Shown piece by piece: positions 36,728 through 44,352 of a DNA stretch of 64,000 nucleotides. The notes below the pieces were generated by a model. It was given only the letters and a program-made list of their open reading frames with translations, was not told the DNA's origin and made no database searches. Made by a program: the position numbers and the translations under genes. Positions within the stretch are counted from its first letter, which is position 1; each line of letters opens with the position of its first letter. Source of the DNA: Bacteroidota bacterium (GTDB taxonomy: Bacteria; Bacteroidota; Ignavibacteria; Kryptoniales; JAKASW01); assembly GCA_023480735.1 (NCBI GenBank), contig JAMCXB010000011.1, forward strand, positions 30,169 through 94,168, read 5' to 3'.

Positions 36728-37131
36728 GATTGTTTCCCCTTTGGAGATGAGGAGGCAGGAGGCAGGAGACAGGAGGAAGAGGGATGTTTCCTCGTGGGGT
36801 ATGGTTCGCCGCAGTTCCTGCAGACTGGCGGTTTGCGGTTGGGTCGCGTGAGCCAGCCATGCTCCACGAAGAACTCCCAGATTCGACGGCGCGTCTTCTT
36901 GCCGATCTTGTCATAACGACCATCGAGGAACATATAAATGGCGACTCTCGTGAGGCCAAGCTCATCGGCGACAGCGGTGACGCAAAACTTGTCGTTATGC
37001 ATCTTTCTCAGGAGGGCCGTCCTTCTCTGCCCCCCACTGATGCCGGAATTTCCGGCAGGGCTGGAAGGTGCCTTAGAATCGATTTTATGAGGGGCGGACG
37101 AATTTACTGCGGTTGAACGGGAGATCGTCAT
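36724..37131 (-). CDS. Ner-like HTH DNA-binding protein
   Basis: It has 'VTAVADELGLTRVAIYMFLDG' and lies immediately upstream of the transposase, as in Mu. Its C-terminal tail is encoded by G-rich block E. Confidence 0.45.
   Translation of the reverse strand: MTISRSTAVNSSAPHKIDSKAPSSPAGNSGISGGQRRTALLRKMHNDKFCVTAVADELGLTRVAIYMFLDGRYDKIGKKTRRRIWEFFVEHGWLTRPNRKPPVCRNCGEPYPTRKHPSSSCLLPPASSSPKGKQS
36743..36783 (+). repeat. Purine-rich repeat block E
   Basis: ggagatgaggaggcaggaggcaggagacaggaggaagaggg, just upstream (in the minus sense) of the MuA start. Confidence 0.45.
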
Positions 37132-37334
37132 TTCTCTACCTCTTTCGGGATGGAGACTTCAACGGTGAGTTTGAGATCGACCAGGTAATTACCGGCGTCA
37201 TCGCGTTTGACTTGTTCGGGTGTTCCACCGAAGGAAATAAGCTGGACGTCTCCAGTAAGGAGTTTATTATGAATCTTCTCCATTGCTTCGAGAGAGAGTG
37301 CAATAGCAGTCCTCTTTGTCGCGCTCTCATTCAT
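37128..37334 (-). CDS. Hypothetical small protein
   Basis: 68-aa ORF on the operon strand whose stop and start overlap the neighbouring genes. Confidence 0.3.
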   Translation of the reverse strand: MNESATKRTAIALSLEAMEKIHNKLLTGDVQLISFGGTPEQVKRDDAGNYLVDLKLTVEVSIPKEVEK

Positions 37335-37714
37335 TTGCCGGCCTCCGGTTTGATGGTGCGGAGAGGTTCAGAGAATAAATCGAGTTGTGAAGCCCTGGAC
37401 TGCGACTGTAGTAGCTCTTCTTCGAGCCACGCGAGGAGACGGTAATCGTTCGTGCGTTTCATGATCGTCATCGCATCGGTGAAGCCGAGCTTCGCGGTGT
37501 TGCTCTCGCTGCGACGCTCGCACATTTTGCGGAGACTAGACGACGATTTGTATCCGAGGGAAGCCGAGAGGTCGGTGAACGCATCGTAGGTGAGGTCGTT
37601 TCTCTTGAGACGTTCCCTAAGTTCGTATTGGGTGATCGTTGCGTAGAGGATTAATCCGAGTTCCATCAGTGTTCCACATTTACGGATTGAGTTTGGAATT
37701 GACGACTGGAACAC
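37331..37714 (-). CDS. Hypothetical early protein (possible HTH)
   Basis: ORF on the operon strand. The likely start is the internal MELGLILYATITQYEL (37666). Confidence 0.3.
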   Translation of the reverse strand: MFQSSIPNSIRKCGTLMELGLILYATITQYELRERLKRNDLTYDAFTDLSASLGYKSSSSLRKMCERRSESNTAKLGFTDAMTIMKRTNDYRLLAWLEEELLQSQSRASQLDLFSEPLRTIKPEAGK

Positions 37715-37753
37715 GCGGGTAATATATTAAAGCGCAAAATGTGTACCATGATG

Positions 37754-38008
37754 TTAAGCTCTGCCCTTCAGTTCGGCGTCGGCGATAAGCCGATCGAGTC
37801 GTTGGATTATTTTTTCAAGGGAGGATCGGGAGATGTGGGCAACCTCGGAGAGGACGATCTGCCGGATCTCTTTGAGTTTGCTGACATTGGACCGTTCTCC
37901 ATGCAGGAGGTATCGGACGTAATGTGGAGTGACGCCTAGTCGGCTGGCCAGTTCGGCGTAATCGAGCTCGACGCGAAGCACGTTGTTTTTCAGTTTCGTT
38001 TTGCCCAT
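37754..38008 (-). CDS. Cro/Ner-like HTH regulator, first gene of the leftward operon
   Basis: It has 'DYAELASRLGVTPHYVRYLLHGER'. The ATG at 38008 follows AAAAGGAAA, and the gene is divergent from the repressor-like gene. Confidence 0.5.
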   Translation of the reverse strand: MGKTKLKNNVLRVELDYAELASRLGVTPHYVRYLLHGERSNVSKLKEIRQIVLSEVAHISRSSLEKIIQRLDRLIADAELKGRA

Positions 38009-38070
38009 TTTCCTTTTGTTATCCTGACGTAACAAAACTAATAAAATCTTCTGTGTGTGTCAAGGGAAAA
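38009..38070. promoter_or_regulatory. Divergent early control region with a palindromic operator candidate
   Basis: 62-bp AT-rich spacer between the divergent HTH genes. It holds the inverted repeat TTGTTA-N8-TAACAA at 38016-38035. Confidence 0.35.
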
Positions 38071-38832
38071 ATGAGAAAATTTTCTGTGGATGAAAAAAAG
38101 AGAATTGGAGGCGAATTAAAGGCTTTTGCATTGAAGAAGTTCGGCTCCCTGACGGGTTTGGCGAAAGCGCTTGGGAAGAAATCGATTCAGGAGATGCAGC
38201 CGTATTACGAGGGGAGGTCATTGCCGGGCTTTGAGTTGCTGAGGGAGCTATCGGTCTTAGGAATGGATGTCGCGGAATTAATTTCACCCACGGAAGCGAA
38301 ATCGCCAGCGGTCGCCGAGAAGAGTGACACTAACGGCGGGGAGTTCCAAGTTGCGTTCAGGTCGGACGAAGAACGGCGGGCCGTCGAGACCGCCGTGAGC
38401 GCGTTGGTGCAACTGGCGTATTCTTACTTTGAATTCGCGGACGAGAAATTGCGCGCGGATGTACGGAGGCTTTTCACGGAGGCAGAGCTAATTCGCTATC
38501 GTCGTCGGGCGGAGAGAAAGGAAGAGGTATTGACAAAGAAAACCAGCGAGAGTATCTTGGTCGAGCAGGGCATGCGAAGACCTAAAGAAAAAATTGACAT
38601 CGAAAGAATCATCGCCGATGCAATCAAGGAGGCGGGCCCTCTCCCACGCAAGCGCTTCAAGCCAGATTGGGACGCGAGGAAGAGCGTGGAGACGGCCGTC
38701 GATAACTGGATACGCAGGCACGATTATAGTGTCTCGCAGCGGGATAGGCAGAGGCTGATCGATGCGCTCGTCTTGATGAGCGAGCGGGAATATTCCCGCA
38801 TACTGGATCCCGAAAAACCCGGTAAGAAGTGA
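38071..38832 (+). CDS. Repressor-like XRE-family HTH protein (Mu c analogue)
   Basis: The N-terminus 'IGGELKAFALKKFGSLTGLAKALGKKSIQEMQPYYEGRSLP' is HTH_XRE-like. It is divergent from the ner/A/B operon. The ATG at 38071 follows AAGGGAAAA. Confidence 0.55.
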   Translation: MRKFSVDEKKRIGGELKAFALKKFGSLTGLAKALGKKSIQEMQPYYEGRSLPGFELLRELSVLGMDVAELISPTEAKSPAVAEKSDTNGGEFQVAFRSDEERRAVETAVSALVQLAYSYFEFADEKLRADVRRLFTEAELIRYRRRAERKEEVLTKKTSESILVEQGMRRPKEKIDIERIIADAIKEAGPLPRKRFKPDWDARKSVETAVDNWIRRHDYSVSQRDRQRLIDALVLMSEREYSRILDPEKPGKK

Positions 38833-38836
38833 ACCA

Positions 38837-39034
38837 TTGCAGAAGAGCGGGAACTTGGACATCAGGTTTCAGGAGCGGGACATCGAGGGCTGGCTGGAGG
38901 AAGAGGGCGTGAGGCAAGATGAGAGGGATAGTGCAGGCGCTCTACGGGCGGCGAAGGAGCTGGTTAGGATGATGGCCCAGCTGCAGGTGATAATTGGGGC
39001 GCTTATCGAAACTGCAAACGGGGCGGGAGGCTAA
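38837..39034 (+). CDS. Hypothetical small protein
   Basis: 65-aa ORF directly after the repressor-like gene. No motif recognised. Confidence 0.2.
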   Translation: MQKSGNLDIRFQERDIEGWLEEEGVRQDERDSAGALRAAKELVRMMAQLQVIIGALIETANGAGG

Positions 39035-39035
39035 G

Positions 39036-39518
39036 ATGGACAATCGATTTCCACCATTGTTCGACACGAGCAGGTTCCGAACCGACGTAAAAGGCAAAAG
39101 ACCAGTCTCGAAGGCCTTGATCGCTGCCGTTATCGTGGCTTTGGCGTGCTTTATATACGTAGTTAACGGGCTGATCTCTAACGGGACGCTAAACTGGTAC
39201 GTGAACGATAGGGCATCACTGAACTCCGGAGGCGGCGCAGTAAGGGAAGGCGACATGGTGACGATAAGCGTGCCCAGCCAGAAATTTACGTTTATGGCAA
39301 CGACACTGGATAAAGAGGAAGAGCTTGTCGGACACATTGTGGCCAAAGAAGCAACCGAGGTAACGGGGATGATTTTGAGGGGCGACGCTTTTACTGTCCC
39401 GAGCGGGACAGCCGCGAGGGTGTTGGAGCAGAGAGGCGACTACTACCATGTGGAGATCGTCGGCGGCGACCAGGGTGGCATGGATGGGTATATACCGAAG
39501 GGATTCGTAAAGAAGTAA
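39036..39518 (+). CDS. Membrane-anchored protein with an SH3b-like C-terminal domain
   Basis: The ATG at 39036 follows GGGAGG. It has the TM segment 'ALIAAVIVALACFIYVV' and the SH3-like C-terminus 'RGDYYHVEIVGGDQGGMDGYIPKGFV'. Confidence 0.4.
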   Translation: MDNRFPPLFDTSRFRTDVKGKRPVSKALIAAVIVALACFIYVVNGLISNGTLNWYVNDRASLNSGGGAVREGDMVTISVPSQKFTFMATTLDKEEELVGHIVAKEATEVTGMILRGDAFTVPSGTAARVLEQRGDYYHVEIVGGDQGGMDGYIPKGFVKK

Positions 39519-39546
39519 GAAATCAGGAGGCTGAGGTGAAATAGTC

Positions 39547-39627
39547 ATGGTTTCTGCTCTCGTAAGCGGAGCGCTATCTGGCTGCGCTGGAACCCTCGTC
39601 TTTGAGGATTCCGGCGGAATTTATTAA
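39547..39627 (+). CDS. 26-codon lipoprotein-like mini-ORF
   Basis: MVSALVSGALSGCAGTLVFEDSGGIY has a lipobox-like 'LSGC'. AGGAGG and GAGGTG lie upstream. It is below the ORF-track cutoff. Confidence 0.2.
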   Translation: MVSALVSGALSGCAGTLVFEDSGGIY

Positions 39628-39645
39628 TTAAATAGTATTTTTTTC

Positions 39646-39674
39646 TTGACATTTAATTTTCTTTTCCTTATGTT
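39646..39674 (+). promoter_or_regulatory. Candidate promoter of the rightward (lysis/head/tail) operon
   Basis: TTGACA (39646-39651), 17 nt, then TATGTT (39669-39674). The TATGTTTT stretch also resembles the Bacteroidota-type TAnnTTTG -7 element. Confidence 0.4.
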
Positions 39675-39860
39675 TTCACGTCTACGACTCGGACGAGTCG
39701 CAGACTCGTTGAGACAAGTTTGATATGTAGCCGCGAAGCCCTGGAGGATTAGCGGAAGATCGGTTAGCGATTTAAGGAGCGCCGACACTTTGGTTCGTGA
39801 GTAGATTCCCGATAAGATCGGGAACGACAAACTCACAACCATGGTGTCGGCGCTTTTTTA
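39675..39860 (+). ncRNA. Structured ~185-nt leader / short transcript ending at an intrinsic terminator
   Basis: There is no credible ORF. It contains the hairpin CGACTCG-ga-CGAGTCG (39685-39700) and a long nested hairpin at 39778-39854. Confidence 0.35.
39778..39860 (+). terminator. Intrinsic terminator: long nested hairpin followed by a T tract
   Basis: Outer stem AGCGCCGACAC/GTGTCGGCGCT, middle stem TCGTGAGT/ACTCACA, inner stem TTCCCGAT-aag-ATCGGGAA, then TTTTTT at 39854-39859. It ends 28 nt before the endolysin start. Confidence 0.55.
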
Positions 39861-39887
39861 TTTATTAATGTCAGGAACGAACTAGGT

Positions 39888-40595
39888 ATGCAAAGCGATC
39901 AGACATATCCCCGCTGGAACAACTGGCTCTTCTGGGCCTGCGTGCTCATTGCCGCCGGATTCTCATTTGTAATCGGGCTAAGTGAAGGATATGACAGCGC
40001 AAAACGCTTGGAGCCGAACGCATTTGCCGACAGGCAGAGCAGGACAGAGAAAGTTCTCGACGACATTATAGCTTCGTGGATCCCCGGCCGGGTGGTCAGC
40101 AATGAGGCCGGGGTGACAGCCGAGCCATTCACCACCCGGTTCGGATTCTTCCCGGACACCGTGGTACACCTCGCCATCATGGTACAGGATTCGTTCAGAG
40201 TTCCGGCACCGGTGACGCTTGCTCAGTGGGCATTGGAGTCGGGTTTTGGCAAAAACAGTTTAGGTGATCATAACTACTTCGGACACACATTTGCGGCCGT
40301 GAAAGAGTTCATGGCGCATCCGGCGTATGTAGTGGCGTACGACCGGAGACGCGGGGACAATGGGACTTGGAGAAGAGTCGCAGTGAGATTTGCGAAGTAT
40401 CGATCTATCGAAGAATGTTTCGTGGTACACGGCGAATACTTGTCCTCGTCGGTCTACTATCGCAAAGCGCGAACGGCAAAGAGCATAGGGCAATATGTCA
40501 GGAAGTTATCGAAGTATTACGCGGAGGATCCCGGATATGCCGTGAAACTCATGGCGATTATCGAGCGGTACAATCTTGAGGAGAAATGTAAATGA
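39888..40595 (+). CDS. Endolysin: N-acetylglucosaminidase (mannosyl-glycoprotein endo-beta-N-acetylglucosaminidase family) with an N-terminal signal-anchor
   Basis: It has the TM segment 'WLFWACVLIAAGFSFVIGL' and 'LAQWALESGFGKNSLGDHNYFGHTF', which is typical of the glucosaminidase domain. Confidence 0.7.
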   Translation: MQSDQTYPRWNNWLFWACVLIAAGFSFVIGLSEGYDSAKRLEPNAFADRQSRTEKVLDDIIASWIPGRVVSNEAGVTAEPFTTRFGFFPDTVVHLAIMVQDSFRVPAPVTLAQWALESGFGKNSLGDHNYFGHTFAAVKEFMAHPAYVVAYDRRRGDNGTWRRVAVRFAKYRSIEECFVVHGEYLSSSVYYRKARTAKSIGQYVRKLSKYYAEDPGYAVKLMAIIERYNLEEKCK

Positions 40596-40861
40596 GTGTG
40601 GATCAGCGCACGATCAATTTAGGGCGGAAGGTTGAGTTAGAGGATAGAATTAAAGCCCTCTCACTTCGGATTCATTCAGAAGTGCAAACATTGAAAGATC
40701 TCTTCGAGCCGCGCACAATGGACTTGTCATACATCAAGGACGTCGACCCGGACCGCGTGAGGGTTTATTCGGTTGACATTGCGAAAAACGTGAAGAAGTA
40801 CAAACTACTCCTCGAGGAAATAAAGGCGCTGAAACGCGAGCTAGGAATAGAGGAGGAATAA
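40592..40861 (+). CDS. Hypothetical coiled-coil protein in the lysis cassette
   Basis: 89-aa ORF that overlaps the endolysin stop. Confidence 0.3.
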   Translation: MSVDQRTINLGRKVELEDRIKALSLRIHSEVQTLKDLFEPRTMDLSYIKDVDPDRVRVYSVDIAKNVKKYKLLLEEIKALKRELGIEEE

Positions 40862-40862
40862 G

Positions 40863-41123
40863 GTGTCGGTCAAGGGTTATGTCGTTACGAATGCGAGTTT
40901 AGTTGCTGCGATATTCGCGACGTCCTTGGACCCGCAGCTCAAGGCGCTGGCGTTTGCGGTGATTGCGGTTGTTTCGCTCATCGCAAACCTGTTATGGATC
41001 GGCGAAAAATTCAGAGAAGCAATAATCAGGAGATTGATGCGTGACGTGGAGGACGAGATTATTAGACTCGATTATCTGAGACATCCGACTGCGAAGGTTG
41101 ATGTGCCCAAGGATAAGAAGTGA
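40863..41123 (+). CDS. Holin-like two-TM small membrane protein
   Basis: 86 aa with two hydrophobic segments ('ASLVAAIFATSL', 'ALAFAVIAVVSLIANLLWI') and a charged C-terminus, next to the endolysin. Confidence 0.35.
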   Translation: MSVKGYVVTNASLVAAIFATSLDPQLKALAFAVIAVVSLIANLLWIGEKFREAIIRRLMRDVEDEIIRLDYLRHPTAKVDVPKDKK

Positions 41124-41202
41124 ATTATTCTAACCCCATAACGAAGTGGCTCCGGCGTGGTACGATGGCTAGCGAACTCCGTACCACGCCGTCCCGAGTA
41201 AT

Positions 41203-41242
41203 CCCTCACCTGAATCCTCTCCCCGATAGAATTGGGGCGAGG
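41203..41242 (+). repeat. Prophage hairpin repeat R11 (intergenic, upstream of gpI)
   Basis: ccctcacctgaatcctctcccc-gatagaatt-ggggcgagg (one stem mismatch). Confidence 0.65.
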
Positions 41243-41253
41243 CCACGAAAGAG

Positions 41254-42711
41254 TTGCGGAGGTTTGTAGTGGCTTTGAAAGTAAATCAAAAGGCGGTCGA
41301 ACATCTGAGATCTCTGGTCAGCCAGGGAAAAGTCGATCGGAATTCTAACTGGAGTTTTTCAGCCGAGGATGGCAATGCCCTCCTTGGCGCGGCCGGCAGC
41401 GACTGGTCAAACTATTCCCAAAATCACTTAGCGGTAGATACCAGTGCTGCCGAGAATACTAAGGCGCGTTTCCATTATCCGGCGGGCAAGGACGGAAAGG
41501 TCTATCGTAGCGGAGTTATCGCGGCGAAGCAGAGAGCGGCGGCGCAGGGCGAGAAAGATATAGAGAACGCCGCGGACGATCTACTGCAGTTGATAGATCG
41601 CAAAGCGCAGAGCGCAAAGGGTGAAGTGAAAGCGAAGAGAGTGGTCTTCTGCCAGGTAGATTTAGGAGTAATAGCGGGAGACGAATTGCCGACCCGGATT
41701 AACCTCCTTCCGCTCGGCGAATGGAAGGGTTACCCTTCGGTTGATCAGAGTGGTAAACCCGTACTACTTTCTTTCAAAGTCACCCCGGATCGCGTAAAGC
41801 AAGCCATCGCTTACCTAAAGAGACTCAGGTCACGAAATTCAAACCTCGATCTCGTGATCGACAATGACCACTTAACTCACGCGGACACCTATGCGCCTGC
41901 CTTCGGTTGGATCAAAGATCTAATTGACGCGGGCGAGAAAGGACTGGACGCGGTGGTCGAGTGGACGGCGCTGGGTGCGGAAGCGTTGAAGAATAAACTC
42001 TACAGGTATATCTCGCCCGTGCTGGCGTTCGACCTGCCGGACAGCGCGACGGGAGAGATAATTCCCTTTGCCGTGACCGATGCGGGACTGACTAATCAAC
42101 CGTTTATAGAGTCTTTGCCTGCGGTAATGGCAAAGAAGATAATTGAAACAACAAACAACGCCCCGATGGGGCAAGGAGAAATCAAGATGGACAAAATCTT
42201 AGCACTGCTTCAGACGTGGCTTAAGCTCCCCGATGCGGCGACGCCGGACGAGGTGGCTACCGGTCTCGAGGCAAAACTAAAAGAAGAGAACGCCGAACCA
42301 GACGAGGTGCAGGCAAAGAAATTGCTTACCGTTATCGGCTTTGATGAGGGCACTACCGTTGAACAGGCCAAGGCCACCGTCATCATGGCAAAGCAGCACC
42401 AGAGCCAAACATTGAACGTCGCCCAGGAGCTGGCCGCGATGAAGGCCGCACAGCTCGAGCGGGACGTCAATGAATTAGTTGACGGTGCGATCCGCGAGGG
42501 GAAGGTGTTCCCTGTGAACCGCGAAGACTTCGTGGTGATGGCGAAAAAAGACTTCGCGGGGATCAAGACGTTCCTGTCCAAGGCGCCCGTCGTAGGTCCA
42601 TTGAATCCGATGCCGGCCGGCCGGGAGAGCGGCGGAGTAAAGGCTCCGAGCGACACCGACAAGGAGGTCGCGGCGGCGCTCGGCATAGATGCGGCGAAGA
42701 TGGTGGAATAA
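41254..42711 (+). CDS. Mu gpI-like head protease / scaffold protein
   Basis: 'INLLPLGEWKGYP', 'DLVIDNDHLTHADTYAPAFGWIKDL' and 'YISPVLAF' fit the Mu-like prophage I protein family. The Ala/Glu-rich C-terminal half is scaffold-like. Confidence 0.7.
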   Translation: MRRFVVALKVNQKAVEHLRSLVSQGKVDRNSNWSFSAEDGNALLGAAGSDWSNYSQNHLAVDTSAAENTKARFHYPAGKDGKVYRSGVIAAKQRAAAQGEKDIENAADDLLQLIDRKAQSAKGEVKAKRVVFCQVDLGVIAGDELPTRINLLPLGEWKGYPSVDQSGKPVLLSFKVTPDRVKQAIAYLKRLRSRNSNLDLVIDNDHLTHADTYAPAFGWIKDLIDAGEKGLDAVVEWTALGAEALKNKLYRYISPVLAFDLPDSATGEIIPFAVTDAGLTNQPFIESLPAVMAKKIIETTNNAPMGQGEIKMDKILALLQTWLKLPDAATPDEVATGLEAKLKEENAEPDEVQAKKLLTVIGFDEGTTVEQAKATVIMAKQHQSQTLNVAQELAAMKAAQLERDVNELVDGAIREGKVFPVNREDFVVMAKKDFAGIKTFLSKAPVVGPLNPMPAGRESGGVKAPSDTDKEVAAALGIDAAKMVE

Positions 42712-42712
42712 A

Positions 42713-42744
42713 CTCACCTGAATCCTCTCCTCGAAGAGGAGAGG
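42713..42744 (+). repeat. Prophage hairpin repeat R12 (starts 2 nt after the gpI stop)
   Basis: ctcacctgaatcctctcctc-gaa-gaggagagg. Confidence 0.75.
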
Positions 42745-42791
42745 CCACGTAGAGATGAGATGTTTGGAATATTAAAAGGAGGATGAAGTAA

Positions 42792-43208
42792 ATGGCAGCA
42801 GCAACACAAGGACGCGACACGACAGCCCGAAACCTATTCGGTCTCTTGCCGATGGCCGTCGCGGCGGCGAAACACATTTTTGCAGGCACACAAGTCGTAA
42901 AGAACGCGGCCGGATATGCAGAGCCGGCAACTACAGCGCTGGCTAAGGTCGCGCTCGGACGCGCGAAGCATGAGGTTGATAACACGCTCGGCGCAGACGG
43001 CGACCTGTCGATCACCGTGGAAGAAGGCGAGTTCAAGTTTGACAATTCCGCGGCGGCCGACGCGATCACGATTGCCGACATCGGCAGCCCCTGCTACGCG
43101 GTTGACGACCAGACCGTCGCAAAAACCGACGGCGTAGGTACGCGCTCGAAAGCGGGAATCGTGACCGGCGTCGATAGCGACGGCGTCTGGGTGAAGATGG
43201 GTCTCTAA
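42792..43208 (+). CDS. Putative head decoration / DUF2190-like protein
   Basis: 138 aa, located between the protease-scaffold and major capsid genes. 'IFAGTQVVKNAAGYAEPA' and 'KAGIVTGVDSDGVWVKMG' fit the beta-rich DUF2190 pattern. Confidence 0.3.
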   Translation: MAAATQGRDTTARNLFGLLPMAVAAAKHIFAGTQVVKNAAGYAEPATTALAKVALGRAKHEVDNTLGADGDLSITVEEGEFKFDNSAAADAITIADIGSPCYAVDDQTVAKTDGVGTRSKAGIVTGVDSDGVWVKMGL

Positions 43209-43212
43209 CATT

Positions 43213-43246
43213 CCCTCACCCCGATCCTCTCCCTTAAGGGAGAGGG
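43213..43246 (+). repeat. Prophage hairpin repeat R13 (4 nt after the stop of 42792-43208)
   Basis: ccctcaccccgatcctctccc-ttaa-gggagaggg. Confidence 0.75.
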
Positions 43247-43278
43247 AGTGTGGCGGAGGAACTATTCAACTTTAAAAA

Positions 43279-44289
43279 GTGAGGATGAAAGTGATTAAGA
43301 AAAGCTTAAAAGTAGTTATCGGGCTGGCGCTACTCGTCGGCACGATAGCGATTGTTAATTCGTGGACTGCCGCCTCTGGTATCAGTATGGCGCTGTTGAT
43401 CGGGCCGTCGACATCCGACTCGCTCTATCGCGGGTTCAAGGTAATTTTTAATGATGCGTTCAATAAAGCGCAGCCGAGTTATAATCGGATTGCGATGACG
43501 ATCCCGTCGAACACTAAGCAGGAAACCTATGCGTGGCTCGGCGCATTTCCGCGAATGAAAGAATGGATCGGGCCACGGAACGTCAAGAACTTAGCCGCGT
43601 CCGATTGGACAATTAAGAACAAGAAGTTCGAGGTCACGATCGAGATACCATCCGAGGACATCGAAGACGACACCTATAACCTGTTCAACCCCATGATCGG
43701 CGGAATGGGTATGAGTGCCAGGATGCATCCGGATGAGCTTGTGTTCTCGCTGCTCAATGCCGGCTTTACGCAGAAATGCTACGACGGCAAGAATTTCTTC
43801 GATACCACTCACGCGTTCGGCTCGAACAAGAGCACAAAAATATTAAACGCGACCTACTACGGGGCGGCACTTGCAGCGATTGGGCGCATTAAAGATTCGA
43901 CAGGCAATCCACTTTTTAACGGATCCGAAAAGCTTACACTCGTGACCGGGCCTGAACTGGAAGAAACCGCAAAGCAAATGTTGAATGCCGACTTTATTTC
44001 CGTTGGCGGCGGGTCGACGCAGAATAACGTCTGGAAGGGCACCGCGGATTACCTGAAGAGTCCGCAGGTCACCAGCCCGACAGCGTGGTTCATTATCGTG
44101 GACTTTATGGGATTGCGTCCGCTGATCTTTCAAGAACGGAAGGCACCGAGATTTATTACGAAGAATAACCCGCAGGATTCCGACTACGTATTTATGAACG
44201 ATAAATACGTTTACGGCGTAGATTCGCGGGACAACGCCGGCTACGGGCTGCCGCAATTGGCCTACGGTTCCGACGGAACGGTGGCGTGA
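43279..44289 (+). CDS. Major capsid protein (Mu gpT family)
   Basis: 'ETYAWLGAFPRMKEWIGPRNVKNLAASDWTIKNKKFEVTIEIPSEDIEDDTYNLF' matches the Mu-like gpT signature. The start is uncertain (43279, 43285 or 43387). Confidence 0.8.
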   Translation: MRMKVIKKSLKVVIGLALLVGTIAIVNSWTAASGISMALLIGPSTSDSLYRGFKVIFNDAFNKAQPSYNRIAMTIPSNTKQETYAWLGAFPRMKEWIGPRNVKNLAASDWTIKNKKFEVTIEIPSEDIEDDTYNLFNPMIGGMGMSARMHPDELVFSLLNAGFTQKCYDGKNFFDTTHAFGSNKSTKILNATYYGAALAAIGRIKDSTGNPLFNGSEKLTLVTGPELEETAKQMLNADFISVGGGSTQNNVWKGTADYLKSPQVTSPTAWFIIVDFMGLRPLIFQERKAPRFITKNNPQDSDYVFMNDKYVYGVDSRDNAGYGLPQLAYGSDGTVA

Positions 44290-44295
44290 TTAACT

Positions 44296-44326
44296 CGCAC
44301 TTAGTCCCTCTCCTTTTAGGGAGGGC
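44296..44326 (+). repeat. Prophage hairpin repeat R14 (degenerate, after the capsid stop)
   Basis: cgcacttagtccctctcc-tttta-gggaggg. Confidence 0.5.
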
Positions 44327-44352
44327 GAATTTGTTCTACCTGACAGCGGCGA

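Noticed and set aside
39624-39842. 72-aa minus-strand ORF in the late-operon leader
   Set aside because: It overlaps the promoter and the nested terminator hairpin, it runs against both neighbouring transcription units, and it has no RBS. The region is better explained as an RNA leader.
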